Below, in pieces: positions 36,303 through 47,519 of a stretch of 64,000 nt of DNA. The position numbers and the translations under genes were made by a program. Origin of the DNA: a virus. The notes beneath the pieces are model-generated. The model did no database searches. It saw only the letters and a program-made list of their open reading frames with translations, and was not told where the DNA came from. Where the stretch lies: positions 14,554 to 78,553 of IMG/VR virus record IMGVR_UViG_3300027714_000011, one strand, 5' to 3'. Every line of letters begins with the position of its first letter. Position 1 is the first letter of the stretch.

Positions 36303-38132
36303 ATGCCTGCACTGTGGCCAACGTTCATACCGAATCTTGCATCTGATATTGCCGGTCAGGAATTTACAAAACCAGGCGGAGCACTTGTTTCATATGAATT
36401 ACCTAAAGTCGGAACAGATCAAGTTCCTATTTTTCCTCCATCTGCAGATTTAATAAAATCCATTAAGCCAGGTAATCCATTAAATGCATCATTAACAACA
36501 GATCCTACTGCTATGATAAATGCTATTAATTTAGCGCCGTTAAGCGGAAGATATGATTTTGGTGTTCGTGTAGCAGAAAGATATTTGGAAGCTGTTAAAG
36601 GTCTAGCGATGACGCCATTTGGTGCTACACATACAAATAATCCAGCAGCAGAATTTATTTTAAAACAGGGTTATGGTTTAGTATTTGAAAGAATATTAAA
36701 GGAAGGTGATATTCCTTTATTAGATCAAAAAGATGAAGATGGCAACATAATAGAGATGGGTAAAGAATCACATCCAGACTATGCTGATTTTTGTCCAGAT
36801 CCAGTTGAAGAACCAGATCCTATAGAAGAACAAAAGAAACTAGATAAAAAATTTAATAAGTTTCTTATAGAGTTTAAAGACGATCCAATAACTGACTTAC
36901 ATAAATTTAAATTTTTTGAATTTCACTGTTTAACTGGTGATGAATCTGAAAGTGATTTAATTAAACTAATCACTAACAGAATGATTCAACAGTTCGAGAA
37001 GATAACTAATGACGATAAAAAATGGGCTTACATTTTATGGGCAATAAGTTTAGGAAAGGACTATTATTCTGACTTGGGGCCAATTGAGCGACTACTGGGT
37101 GGTAATTATTTTACTAATATATTTCCATATGTCAATGTCAGTAGTCGTGCAAGAACAGACATTACTAATGCTGGTTACAATTATCAAACAATGACTGATG
37201 GAGTAAGTGCTTTGTTTCAATCTATTATTGAAGCATCATATCCTATATTTGATGACCAAAACGGATTGGAAAAAAGAGTAAGAAACGGACTAGTTAATCC
37301 ACTTCAAAGACCATGGTTGGATGATGGAACAACCGAGTGTCCTTTAAATGAATATAAAATACAAGTTTCTTTTAATAGAGAACATAAACTACCAGATTAT
37401 CCTAGTAAAAGGCCAAAGATATTAACAGACTCTATCGTGTCTCTTTTTTCATATGATAACAGGACGCTTACGCAAAAAACATTTAGTAACTACAGAAATC
37501 TTTCATTTGGGAATAAAATAACTTGGTGGAAAAAAGATGATAATTATACAGATACTTATTATGTGGAAAATGAATATGAGGCGAAATGGTCAAAAATACC
37601 AAATGCTATTAATTCTGCAAGAACGCCTGAAAATATAATTGCTATCAATCCATCTACATGTGGTACCGTTTTTAAATTTCAAAGACAACAAGTAATAGAT
37701 GCCATAAAAACAGCAGAAGAGTGTGATGCAGCAGAAGTTGGTGCAGATATTGATTTTAGTTGGCCAGGCGGTGATCCATATGAAGAAATGGCAGAAATAA
37801 CTATTGCATATTGGTATGCATGTCTTGTTAAACCTTTTGCACCATCTCCATCGGCGCTACCTGCATTAATTCCACCACCACTTACTGGTATTTACATTCC
37901 AATTTATTATGGTGGGAAAAAGAGATTGGCTGGAAATTTAAGAAAGGCATGGAATACTGGTAAGACATTTTCAATTATTCCTATTACTATGCCACCTGCA
38001 ATTGCAGTTTCTACTGCGGTCGCGGCAGCGTATATGTTGCACTTATTAGAATTTAAATTATTGTACTTGGGTGGAATACCAACACCAGCAGGCCCAGTTC
38101 CTATGGTTGGTTTTGTACCTGTAGTATTCTAA
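36303..38132 (+). CDS. baseplate-associated hypothetical protein
   Basis: Directly after the spike gene; Pro-rich termini. Confidence 0.6.
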   Translation: MPALWPTFIPNLASDIAGQEFTKPGGALVSYELPKVGTDQVPIFPPSADLIKSIKPGNPLNASLTTDPTAMINAINLAPLSGRYDFGVRVAERYLEAVKGLAMTPFGATHTNNPAAEFILKQGYGLVFERILKEGDIPLLDQKDEDGNIIEMGKESHPDYADFCPDPVEEPDPIEEQKKLDKKFNKFLIEFKDDPITDLHKFKFFEFHCLTGDESESDLIKLITNRMIQQFEKITNDDKKWAYILWAISLGKDYYSDLGPIERLLGGNYFTNIFPYVNVSSRARTDITNAGYNYQTMTDGVSALFQSIIEASYPIFDDQNGLEKRVRNGLVNPLQRPWLDDGTTECPLNEYKIQVSFNREHKLPDYPSKRPKILTDSIVSLFSYDNRTLTQKTFSNYRNLSFGNKITWWKKDDNYTDTYYVENEYEAKWSKIPNAINSARTPENIIAINPSTCGTVFKFQRQQVIDAIKTAEECDAAEVGADIDFSWPGGDPYEEMAEITIAYWYACLVKPFAPSPSALPALIPPPLTGIYIPIYYGGKKRLAGNLRKAWNTGKTFSIIPITMPPAIAVSTAVAAAYMLHLLEFKLLYLGGIPTPAGPVPMVGFVPVVF

Positions 38133-38178
38133 AATAAAACAGGATATATAATATGTTACACTTTTAATATAAAAATAA

Positions 38179-39462
38179 ATGAACAACGAAAAAAACAAGA
38201 GGATCAGAATCGGTGAGAACACGCCGAAGGAGACCAAAGTTGAAGAACTAGATGTAAAAGTCGAAAACTTAAAAGAAGATGAAGTTGTAGAAAACTTCTA
38301 TAACGAAGAGGGGGAATTCATGTGGGATGAATTCGAAGCTACTTGCCCATCTAGAACTCGAAAACCAAATCCACATATCAAAACTCAAAATGGAGATAAA
38401 GTATATTCTCGAGAAGTATACGCTCAAGAGATGTATGATATGCTTACTGCACATGATGATAGTATTGGGCAACTAATCACTATTATTAATCCTGGAGAAA
38501 TTCACGAGGGTAAGGTATATGCTATCAATTCTGAGTTTATCAGTGTAGATATTGGATATAGAGAATTAATTTATGTTAAATATGACAAAGAACCAGCTGA
38601 CGTACAGTCTCTTAAACCTGGAGATGAAACTGCGGTTCTTATTACACAACCTAGTAAAAATTCGCACGTCTTAGGTTCTATTAGTGGTGGAGTAAAACAC
38701 AAAGTGTTTATGGATCTTAGAGAAGCTGTAGAAACTGGAGGAACTGCATGGGTAGGAAATGTCACACATATGATTGAAAATGGTGGATACATGGTGAACG
38801 TTCAAGGAATTGATTGTTTTATGCCAGGTTCATTAGCAGGTATTAATAAACTACATGACTTTAGTTCTATTATTGGAACTGAAATGTATGTCGTTCCGGT
38901 GAGTTTCTCTCCAGACAGAGGTACATTAGTAGTTTCTCATAGAAAATATCTACAAGCACTGATACCTGGCGAAATAGACACACTAAAAGAAACACAAGGA
39001 GAAACACTAACTGGAAATGTTACTGGAACTGCTAAATATGGAGTATTTGTTGAGTTTAATAAATGTTTAACTGGAATGATTCATAATAATGATTTAGACG
39101 AGGAGACATTAGTTAAATTTAAAGCTAGAGAAATTAAGCCAGGTGATGAAATTTCATTTATGGTTAAAGATATAATCAGCAATTCAAAAATTACACTGAC
39201 TCAGAAAGCAAACATAACTATCAACCCATGGACAGATATTATAAGTAGATATCAAATACCAAGTGTTGTCGAGGCTGTTGTTAGAACTAAAAAGGATTAC
39301 GGCTTATTCGTTACAATCGAAGAAGGTGTGACTGGATTACTACATGTCAGTGAAGTCGGAGAGGATGTAATGAGCGTATTTAAATCAGGGGATCCAATCA
39401 CGGTACAGATCAATAGGATTGATGTTGACTCGATGAAAGTCTTTTTGAAAATGCCTCAATAA
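38179..39462 (+). CDS. rpsA: Ribosomal protein S1-like, four S1 domains plus N-terminal extension
   Basis: SVDIGYRE, FMPGSL, VVSHRKYL, YGVFVEF..TGMIH, YGLFVTIEEGVTGLLHVSE. Confidence 0.8.
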   Translation: MNNEKNKRIRIGENTPKETKVEELDVKVENLKEDEVVENFYNEEGEFMWDEFEATCPSRTRKPNPHIKTQNGDKVYSREVYAQEMYDMLTAHDDSIGQLITIINPGEIHEGKVYAINSEFISVDIGYRELIYVKYDKEPADVQSLKPGDETAVLITQPSKNSHVLGSISGGVKHKVFMDLREAVETGGTAWVGNVTHMIENGGYMVNVQGIDCFMPGSLAGINKLHDFSSIIGTEMYVVPVSFSPDRGTLVVSHRKYLQALIPGEIDTLKETQGETLTGNVTGTAKYGVFVEFNKCLTGMIHNNDLDEETLVKFKAREIKPGDEISFMVKDIISNSKITLTQKANITINPWTDIISRYQIPSVVEAVVRTKKDYGLFVTIEEGVTGLLHVSEVGEDVMSVFKSGDPITVQINRIDVDSMKVFLKMPQ

Positions 39463-39515
39463 CTATTGCAACGAGAGTGTGATATATAATCAAACGATAA
39501 TATCATAATCTTAAT

Positions 39516-40826
39516 ATGCAAAAATTAAATATAGATTCTTCGAGAGAATCAATTTTGAACGCGGCGCTCATGGGTGTTGAATTCGAATTCTATTCTAATC
39601 TCGGTCTAGAAGAAACCAAAAAATCTTTGGCGACTCTTCTAGACCGAAAGATTAGGTTAGAGGACAAAGCGCATTCAGATTTTGAACCATCAGCTGAAGA
39701 GTTTAAAATAGAACCTGATATGTCAGGTGGTAAAGGTCTAGTAGAACTAGTTACTGGTCCTATTCCATATAGGAATGCTAGAATCATGGTCATTAAGGTG
39801 TTGAAGTGGATATCTGAAAATGGCTATTCTAATGATAGAGCATCAATTCACATTAATTTAAGTTTTGATAAAAAACACCTAGAAGATAAAGATCTTATTT
39901 CAAAGATGAACGTTCTTAAGTTTATCTTGGATTTTGATGAAGCTCAAATTTACAAGCTTTTTCCTGATAGAGAAAAATCAGCTTATGCAAAAAGTGTAAA
40001 GTGGGTAATGCCAAAATGGGAAGCATTTCATTTTGATGCAAATCAAATAGCCTCAAATAATTTTAAATTTGCAGATACTAAGTACTATGGAATTAACTTT
40101 TCTAAAAAAGAAAAGAATTATTTAGAGTTTAGGTATTTGGGTGGTACTGATTACGAAAAGAAAACAGATAAAATTTTATATTTAACAGAGAATTTCCTAA
40201 TGCAAATGTGGAGTTCATGTAGTGATCCAAGGTTTACTTCTAGTAATAAGATAGAACTACAGAGAATTCTTAATAAGAACAAGCCTGTTTCAGATATGCT
40301 TAAAGATTATACTAGCATAGCTAAAAATTGGCCAGATATAAAAATACTAGCGGATTTACAAGATAACCCAACTATTATAAAAGTACACTGGGACAGATTT
40401 AAGAATAGAGTGATGGAGCTTATAGTGAACGGTTCAATGGAATCTGGAACTATAAATTATGATTCTGATTACGGTGCAGTACAGGTTAAAGATGGTAAAT
40501 TTCATACGGTTTATTTATTGGAAGATTTTGAGTTTATTGATTGTGAGCTTGCTGGTAATTTAACTAATTGTAGTTTTTATAACTGTAACATCAAAGGCTC
40601 CGCTGTCACGTGGGGTAGTTTATATCAGGGTACAACAGTTAAGGAATCTAAAGTAGAATCTTCATATACACACGGTAGTTGCGTATTGACTAATTGTTAT
40701 GTTGCGGGTAGAGATACAATGTTTAAAGGCAAAATGATAGGCGGAATATTTAGAGAAGGTTTTATGAGCGATCATGCTAGATTTGAAGACACCGAAATCG
40801 TAGTAAGTAAAAAAATAAAAGAATAA
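39516..40826 (+). CDS. putative amidoligase (COOH-NH2 ligase) with beta-helix-like C-terminus
   Basis: GVEFEF, EPDMS, ELVTGP, SIHINLS, KYYGIN, LEFR. Confidence 0.7.
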   Translation: MQKLNIDSSRESILNAALMGVEFEFYSNLGLEETKKSLATLLDRKIRLEDKAHSDFEPSAEEFKIEPDMSGGKGLVELVTGPIPYRNARIMVIKVLKWISENGYSNDRASIHINLSFDKKHLEDKDLISKMNVLKFILDFDEAQIYKLFPDREKSAYAKSVKWVMPKWEAFHFDANQIASNNFKFADTKYYGINFSKKEKNYLEFRYLGGTDYEKKTDKILYLTENFLMQMWSSCSDPRFTSSNKIELQRILNKNKPVSDMLKDYTSIAKNWPDIKILADLQDNPTIIKVHWDRFKNRVMELIVNGSMESGTINYDSDYGAVQVKDGKFHTVYLLEDFEFIDCELAGNLTNCSFYNCNIKGSAVTWGSLYQGTTVKESKVESSYTHGSCVLTNCYVAGRDTMFKGKMIGGIFREGFMSDHARFEDTEIVVSKKIKE

Positions 40827-40827
40827 A

Positions 40828-41670
40828 ATGAGTGAAATTAGAAGCGGGTCTAACAGTGAATTGACATCAGGAAGATATTTCGATCCAAATTGTTTAAATA
40901 CATTTTTAGATGAAATAGGGGATGATATTACTGGAGCTTGCATGGTTCCTATTAACTTACCACAAAAAGAAATAATTAATATTATTAAACGTGCTAAGAA
41001 ATGGTTCTATAAGAAATACGAGTATTCTGTAAAAGAAAACTTATATCACATTCCAAATTCTGTATTTAGTACAGAGCATTTCAAAAAACACAGAGCTCTT
41101 ACTTTGCCTGGCCCTAGTTTAGATGGCGGTGGAGGTGTATTCTCTGTTTATGGATTATATGACATATCTTCAGGATGGAATGGCAGTGGAGGCGGAATGG
41201 ATGTAAGATTTCAAGACGGTTCAGATTTCTCTATGGAAAGAATGTTATTTAGAGGTATGTATGAAGGCTCAGGGATGGCCGAGGCTGCAGAAGAATTACA
41301 ATATTATGTATTGAATGCTTCTATGGCAGATTTATCTAGACAGATCCTAGAGAACCCTATATCATATCACTACTCTAGTTTGACTGGAGAATTAAAATTT
41401 ATGGGTGATACTCCAAAAGGAGATGTTATTTTAGAGATATACGAAACTATACCAGATTGTGCACTATATTCAGATGAAATATTCTTTAGATACGTAAGCG
41501 CAAAAATAAAACAATCTATTGGTGCTAAATTAGCTATCTTTAAATTTGCATTACCAGGAAACGTTGATTTTGATTATGATGCCATTAAATCTATGGGTGA
41601 TGATGAGCTATCTGAAATAAATGAAGAGATCAAGGGTGATGAAGGTGTGGATTGGATGATGCATTCGTAA
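40828..41670 (+). CDS. neck protein (T4 gp13-like)
   Basis: IIKRAKKWFY near the N-terminus; YVSAKIKQSIGAKL..F.LPGNV at the C-terminus. Confidence 0.7.
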   Translation: MSEIRSGSNSELTSGRYFDPNCLNTFLDEIGDDITGACMVPINLPQKEIINIIKRAKKWFYKKYEYSVKENLYHIPNSVFSTEHFKKHRALTLPGPSLDGGGGVFSVYGLYDISSGWNGSGGGMDVRFQDGSDFSMERMLFRGMYEGSGMAEAAEELQYYVLNASMADLSRQILENPISYHYSSLTGELKFMGDTPKGDVILEIYETIPDCALYSDEIFFRYVSAKIKQSIGAKLAIFKFALPGNVDFDYDAIKSMGDDELSEINEEIKGDEGVDWMMHS

Positions 41671-41692
41671 ATAAAAGAAGATAAATAAACAA

Positions 41693-42049
41693 ATGGAATT
41701 ATATATAAAATATCTCAGTGATCCTAACTATGATCCAACACAGGTGCAAACCAATGGGGAAATAGAGATGTTAATCACGCAGATTCAGACAACTTTGTTT
41801 ACAAATACTGGTGAGGTTATGGGGTCTGAGAACTTTGGGTGTAATTTAGAAGATCTTATATATGAATTTGGTTCAAGTGCACATAATATACGTCAAAGAA
41901 TAATCGATCAGTTAAATCAATATTGTCCACTTGCGGATAAATATAATTTGGATGTGAATGTAGATTTTATGAAGGGTGAAGTGAGAGACATCGCATTTAT
42001 AGATATAATGATAGATAGTAGATATGCTATAAAAATAAGCATGCAATAA
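41693..42049 (+). CDS. gp25-like baseplate protein
   Basis: LFTNTGEVMGSENFGCNLEDLIYE. Confidence 0.85.
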   Translation: MELYIKYLSDPNYDPTQVQTNGEIEMLITQIQTTLFTNTGEVMGSENFGCNLEDLIYEFGSSAHNIRQRIIDQLNQYCPLADKYNLDVNVDFMKGEVRDIAFIDIMIDSRYAIKISMQ

Positions 42050-42065
42050 AAAGTATACACAAATA

Positions 42066-43895
42066 ATGGCAGAATTAAAATTTTTAAGTAAAATTAAAAC
42101 TAGTGCGGAGGCTATTAGATCCGATGCTAGAACTTATATTTCTAGGGTCTATGGTAGAGCAAACACACTGTTTACATCTGCATCTCCGTTTGCACAGATA
42201 GTTAATGTTTTAGCTGAAATGATGGATCTTATAATGTTCTACATAGAAGATTCTGTTGTAGAGCAGAATATTTATACAGCACAGCAACCGGAATCTATAT
42301 ATGGTATGTCAAGATTAACAGGCCACGATGCTACTAGAGGTTTTGCATCTACTGGTGAGATTGAATTTAGGTGGAAACCAGGTGCAGATATGGTTAAAAT
42401 AGCGGGTTCTACATTGAATATTGATGGTAGAGCTAAACTTAAATTTGACATTAATGGATTAACATATACTTTGTTAAATTCTGTCGATGCATTTAAATTA
42501 GAAAAAAGTAATTTTAATTCATTTAAATCTGCAATAATTCAAGGTGAATTTGAATCTCAAACTTTAACATCGTCGGGTGAGAAATTACAATCATTTAACG
42601 TTAATACAAGCGGGCTTACTGATCACAGTAAAGTCAGCATCAGTGTTAATGGAGAACTATGGACAAAACACCAATCTTTATATGATTTAGGTGCTAATGA
42701 AAAAGCATATTTAATTAAAACAGGAATTAGCGGTGGTTTAGATATTTATTTTGGAAACGAAAGTTTTGGAATGGTGCCACCTGAAGGTGCTACTATTGTT
42801 GTTGAGTATGTCAAACATGTTGGAATGTTAGGAAACTTAGATGACTCTCCTGATTTAACTATTAAATGGGATGCAAAAGGTAAAGATTCTGTTGGAGTAG
42901 AACATGATCTAAATGAATTTTTAGATGTTACAATTTCGTCATCGCCTAAAATGGGAGGTGATAGAGAAAATACTCAGTTTACTAAGATAATGACGCCAAT
43001 GGCCAGTAAATCATTCGTCTTAGCAACTCCAGATAATTATGAATATTTCTTATCTAGATACAATATGTTTTCATATATAGATGCATATAATACAACAAAT
43101 GATCAGTATTTAGATGATGATAATGTAATTTATATTTTTGCTGTTCCAGATATTAATAAGAAACTAGCTAAAAACCAAGATTATTTTAATATTCCACAAG
43201 AAGAAATGTTTTTTGATCAAGGCGAATATGATGCAATGCATAAAGTAATAGAGGACAGTGGACAACAAATGGTAACTACTGAAGTTGTTTTCGTGAAACC
43301 TCAAATTAGGAAATATAGCATGGATATTAATATTAGATATTTTGAAGGTTATACTAAAGAAGAAATTTACAATTCTGTTAGAGGTAAAGTTTCTGAATAT
43401 TTATTAAATATTACTAGAAGAGATAAGTTGCCTAAATCGGATATCATCTATATATTAGAAGAGATACAAGGCATTGATGCTGTGAATATTAAGTTTATTT
43501 CGGAAACTGAAGAAACTGCTAGAAGACTTGGTTACTATGAATCTGTTAATGTTAGTGTAGTTCCACAGGAACCAGTAACACTAGAAACAGTTGGGAATGG
43601 AAAGCAAAAATACGTTTTCTTTAAGAAGATTGAAGATGTTAAAGTTGTGAAAATCGATGAAACATCTAGTATCCCCGAAGATATTAAAGGATTAGATCAA
43701 TGGGGTGACATTATAATGGAGAAAGAAGAAGTTGCAGTATTTAGAGGTGGATGGGAAGATAGAGATGGAGATGTTATAGAGGACGACGTATTAATAAATA
43801 CAGAAGCTGCTATTAGTATAAACTTTGAAGCACAACCGGTTCCTAAAACTATTTACACTAGAGTACAGGCCGGAAATAGAAGAGCACTTAAATAA
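42066..43895 (+). CDS. gp6/baseplate-J-like wedge protein
   Basis: EQNIYTAQ..SIYGMSRLTGH, IYFGNESFGMVPPEGATIVVEY, GGDRE. Confidence 0.85.
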   Translation: MAELKFLSKIKTSAEAIRSDARTYISRVYGRANTLFTSASPFAQIVNVLAEMMDLIMFYIEDSVVEQNIYTAQQPESIYGMSRLTGHDATRGFASTGEIEFRWKPGADMVKIAGSTLNIDGRAKLKFDINGLTYTLLNSVDAFKLEKSNFNSFKSAIIQGEFESQTLTSSGEKLQSFNVNTSGLTDHSKVSISVNGELWTKHQSLYDLGANEKAYLIKTGISGGLDIYFGNESFGMVPPEGATIVVEYVKHVGMLGNLDDSPDLTIKWDAKGKDSVGVEHDLNEFLDVTISSSPKMGGDRENTQFTKIMTPMASKSFVLATPDNYEYFLSRYNMFSYIDAYNTTNDQYLDDDNVIYIFAVPDINKKLAKNQDYFNIPQEEMFFDQGEYDAMHKVIEDSGQQMVTTEVVFVKPQIRKYSMDINIRYFEGYTKEEIYNSVRGKVSEYLLNITRRDKLPKSDIIYILEEIQGIDAVNIKFISETEETARRLGYYESVNVSVVPQEPVTLETVGNGKQKYVFFKKIEDVKVVKIDETSSIPEDIKGLDQWGDIIMEKEEVAVFRGGWEDRDGDVIEDDVLINTEAAISINFEAQPVPKTIYTRVQAGNRRALK

Positions 43896-44176
43896 TGGGA
43901 TTATTCACAAACTTACTTGGCTATAAAGTAGCAAAGCGATATGATTTTTCAAAAACTAGGAAAGACGAAAGGCTTAATTCTGGTTTTAATTATCAGGATT
44001 TGGAACCAGGTGGATTTTTAGGAAGATCATTGTCTGGTCATATTCAGAGAAATCAAACAATACAACATTTCTTAATATTTCTTGATGACGCAATCAGAAA
44101 TTTACTGAAAGGTGTAAGACATCTTAAAAATTATAAAAATTATACCGTCAAAGAAGACGATAAACAAACTAGATAA
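43895..44176 (+). CDS. hypothetical baseplate-cluster protein
   Basis: Translationally coupled on both sides. Confidence 0.65.
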   Translation: MGLFTNLLGYKVAKRYDFSKTRKDERLNSGFNYQDLEPGGFLGRSLSGHIQRNQTIQHFLIFLDDAIRNLLKGVRHLKNYKNYTVKEDDKQTR

Positions 44177-46920
44177 TGTACGATAATTTAAGATTTTTTA
44201 GAGGGTTAGAATACGATTTAAATTTCGAGAAAGATGTTCTTGATGTTTGGAAAGGTACTGTGCATTTACCTGAAGTTTCTGAAGGGCTTTATGAAACTGT
44301 TAATCTTTTTATATTAGAGGAATCAATTTTTAAAGGAGATCCTAATATAAACTTTCCAATAGCGGAAGGCTCAGGTAATGAGAGTTTCGTATTTGAGTGG
44401 GAAGAGAATAACAGCAGAAACAGTAAATCTATTATATTATATGACATAGATCACACTGGAAATATACCTACTATCAAAGAAGTAAAATCGCGTTCAGTTG
44501 ATTTATTAAATATTACACATGTTGATTCTGTAATTGACGGAGTTAAACACGTAAACATACAAGATAATACTGCTATACAACTTAACATAACTCTTAATTC
44601 TAAAATACCGGGTTCACACGCTAGAGATTTAAATTTATACCATGTAGCAGACAGTGTTAAAACATTAGTTGCCACTATAGAAATATATGGAGAGGTAGTT
44701 GCAGAAGACGAAAGACTTAAGTTTTTATTACAGAATTTCGGCGCTACTTTATCTGAATCTGATTTTATGTTATTTAAAGATCATGATATTAGTGAAATGT
44801 CACCTGATCATATTCTATTAAATAGAAAAAGAAAAGAACTTCTCTTAGAGTTACATAACATTAAACCATTTATTGGAACGTATAAAGCCATATTGAATGC
44901 AATAGATTTCTTTGGTTACGATAAACTTACCCTAAAAGAATACTGGTTAAACATTGATAACAGTGTTAAGAATTTTGGTAAATTATTTGCAATTCCAGTT
45001 CCACATTCTTCAGTTAGAGGTGAAAACACTAGAAAGAAACTAGCATTTAAACTACCTTCTAGTACTATGAAGAAAACTAGTAAGTTTAGTTTAGTATACA
45101 GATTGAATGAACCTAATGGAACGTTTGATCAATGGGATATACCTAATGTAACTGAATCGTTTGATTATACACCGGAAGAAGTTTTAATTAAATTATATGG
45201 ATTAAAGGCTAAGTTACAAAAAGAGTACCTGCCATTACAATCCAGAATTATAGATATTACCGCTGAAGGCGATTATTTTACACAAAGAAACATAAATATA
45301 TGGAACGTTCAAAATGGCATAGACTTTTTTAGTGAAGGTCATACTATTAAATTTGGGACTGTTCCTAATGATAGACAGCTTTACATTGAAGATCTTTCAA
45401 TGGTACTAAAGTCTATGATGGATCAAAATGACGATGCTAGTAATTACACAACATTCTTAAATTTAGGAATAGGTAATGAAGACACATTGACTACTATACA
45501 AAGAACTGAACTAAAATCTATTTTTAATAAATTTTATGAAACGTATCATGATAGGGAATTACATTCATATAATCAGAATATTCCAATTGGTTGCCCAGTT
45601 TTATTAGACGGTACGGAGTCATTTGACGATATATGGGACGAGGCTAAATTTACATGGGAAGACGCACATGATCCTAACTCTAATCTTTTGATTACATGGA
45701 ACGATTGGTGGAAAGTATGGGTTTATGAAATAGAATGGGTAGTTACTAACAAAGATGGGAGCTATGATCAGACATACAGAGGTGCGATTGATGACTACTT
45801 GATATTACCACTGATATTACCATACGAAGGCTTATATGACGTAGAGATGAGAACATATGATCTATTTGGACACAGGTCACACTATAGGACAAAGGATATT
45901 ATTGACGTTAAATTAAAACAATTAGAATTATACGGCATGTATAAGTGGTTGGGTGATTTATCATGGTCAAGTAAAAAACTTTCATGGGACAAATCAGGTG
46001 GATATTGGGATTCTCCTCAGGATAATAAAACTGAAATAGATGATGCTATAGCAACTCTATACCTAACAATGGACAGGGCAAATTATATTCATTTTGAAGA
46101 AGATCAAGGTATTAGATTTTCTACGGTTAGAAGATACTTAGATATTTATTCTGAAACTGCATATAGCGAAACTACTGGACCATATGTTTGGGATGAATCA
46201 ACATTTAAATGGACTGACAGTGAGCATTTAGCATGGGATTATATGAGAGTAGGGCCAGATTTGGCATCTAGTTTTAAAATAAATGACATTGAGCAATATG
46301 ATACATTGGTTATAACTTATAAAGATCCTATTACGAAAGTTATTTCTATAGGTGAACATAAAATTCTCAATATGACGCCAACAACCATTAATGATATCAA
46401 TGGTTGGACTCAAATAATGGATGAGTTAAACTCAAGTTTAGATCCTATTATTAGTAAATTTAATTTTAATGCTGTATTTGAAGATTCAGATGACAATGAC
46501 ATTAGCGATATATTTAAATTCATATTAGCAGTTGGCTGGGAATATTCAAAAACATATGATTTTGAAGAGGTAACTATTACAAAGATTAATCCAGCGTCTA
46601 ATTCTAATATTAGTGGAGAAGTACATGTACAACATTTTAACCCAACATGGGATGATACTGTGATATTTAGTGATTATGCAGAAGTAGAAAGATCAACACA
46701 CGTTACAATTTCTACAGATATTTCTAAGTTCCCTGGTAGTAAAAATGCCAAATGGACCATCACTAATATAACTAACCCAAAAATCACTGATATATACTAT
46801 AATAATATGTGGCTTACGTACATTTTTAAAGAACCTGGATACTATTCAATTCAATTAGAAGCGGAAGACACTAATGGCAATAAAAACCTTGTAAAAAGGA
46901 ACATGTTAAAAGTAAAATAA
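44176..46920 (+). CDS. gp7-like/P2 gpI-like baseplate wedge protein
   Basis: IGTYKAILNAIDFFG helix motif following gp6; C-terminal PKD-like YIFKEPGYYSIQLEAED. Confidence 0.55.
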   Translation: MYDNLRFFRGLEYDLNFEKDVLDVWKGTVHLPEVSEGLYETVNLFILEESIFKGDPNINFPIAEGSGNESFVFEWEENNSRNSKSIILYDIDHTGNIPTIKEVKSRSVDLLNITHVDSVIDGVKHVNIQDNTAIQLNITLNSKIPGSHARDLNLYHVADSVKTLVATIEIYGEVVAEDERLKFLLQNFGATLSESDFMLFKDHDISEMSPDHILLNRKRKELLLELHNIKPFIGTYKAILNAIDFFGYDKLTLKEYWLNIDNSVKNFGKLFAIPVPHSSVRGENTRKKLAFKLPSSTMKKTSKFSLVYRLNEPNGTFDQWDIPNVTESFDYTPEEVLIKLYGLKAKLQKEYLPLQSRIIDITAEGDYFTQRNINIWNVQNGIDFFSEGHTIKFGTVPNDRQLYIEDLSMVLKSMMDQNDDASNYTTFLNLGIGNEDTLTTIQRTELKSIFNKFYETYHDRELHSYNQNIPIGCPVLLDGTESFDDIWDEAKFTWEDAHDPNSNLLITWNDWWKVWVYEIEWVVTNKDGSYDQTYRGAIDDYLILPLILPYEGLYDVEMRTYDLFGHRSHYRTKDIIDVKLKQLELYGMYKWLGDLSWSSKKLSWDKSGGYWDSPQDNKTEIDDAIATLYLTMDRANYIHFEEDQGIRFSTVRRYLDIYSETAYSETTGPYVWDESTFKWTDSEHLAWDYMRVGPDLASSFKINDIEQYDTLVITYKDPITKVISIGEHKILNMTPTTINDINGWTQIMDELNSSLDPIISKFNFNAVFEDSDDNDISDIFKFILAVGWEYSKTYDFEEVTITKINPASNSNISGEVHVQHFNPTWDDTVIFSDYAEVERSTHVTISTDISKFPGSKNAKWTITNITNPKITDIYYNNMWLTYIFKEPGYYSIQLEAEDTNGNKNLVKRNMLKVK

Positions 46921-46933
46921 TAAAACAAATAAA

Positions 46934-47500
46934 ATGGCAAACATTACTGAAATTTTAGGAACTGACTCAGTTTCTTCATCGAGACCAATCATTAATAGTA
47001 ACTTTGAGTTATTAAATGATGAACTGGCATCGGTTACTGCATTACTAAACCCAACAACACTGACATTGAGTGGAATTGCTAGCATTACTACTGCTTCTTT
47101 AGTAGTTGCGGTCGCTGGCACAAACTTATTCTTAGTAAATAGTTTAGGAGCAACAATGAACACGCCTGCTACATTTAGCGGTTCTTTAACAATTGGAGAA
47201 TCATTATTGAAAAGCGGAGTTTTAGGTTCGGCTGCAGTACCAACAACACAAGTTACACCAACTTCTGTCACCGCTACTACATATTTTGTAAATGCAAATT
47301 TCACTCTACCTGAAGCAACTGATGGACAAGAGGTTACTGTTATCAATGTCGACGGGGATGCTAAATCAATATTAGCTGCAGTCAACGTAACACTTGCAGA
47401 TACTTCTGTAGCGTTAAATGGTACAGGTTCTACAGTGACACTGAGATGTTTTAACAACACATGGTATGTTATATCGTCTCACAAAGTAACAATAGTATAA
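46934..47500 (+). CDS. virion structural/fibre protein
   Basis: ILGTDSVSSSRPIINSNF N-terminal motif; TLPEATDGQEVTVIN. Confidence 0.6.
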   Translation: MANITEILGTDSVSSSRPIINSNFELLNDELASVTALLNPTTLTLSGIASITTASLVVAVAGTNLFLVNSLGATMNTPATFSGSLTIGESLLKSGVLGSAAVPTTQVTPTSVTATTYFVNANFTLPEATDGQEVTVINVDGDAKSILAAVNVTLADTSVALNGTGSTVTLRCFNNTWYVISSHKVTIV

Positions 47501-47519
47501 AAATAAACTTAAAGAATAG

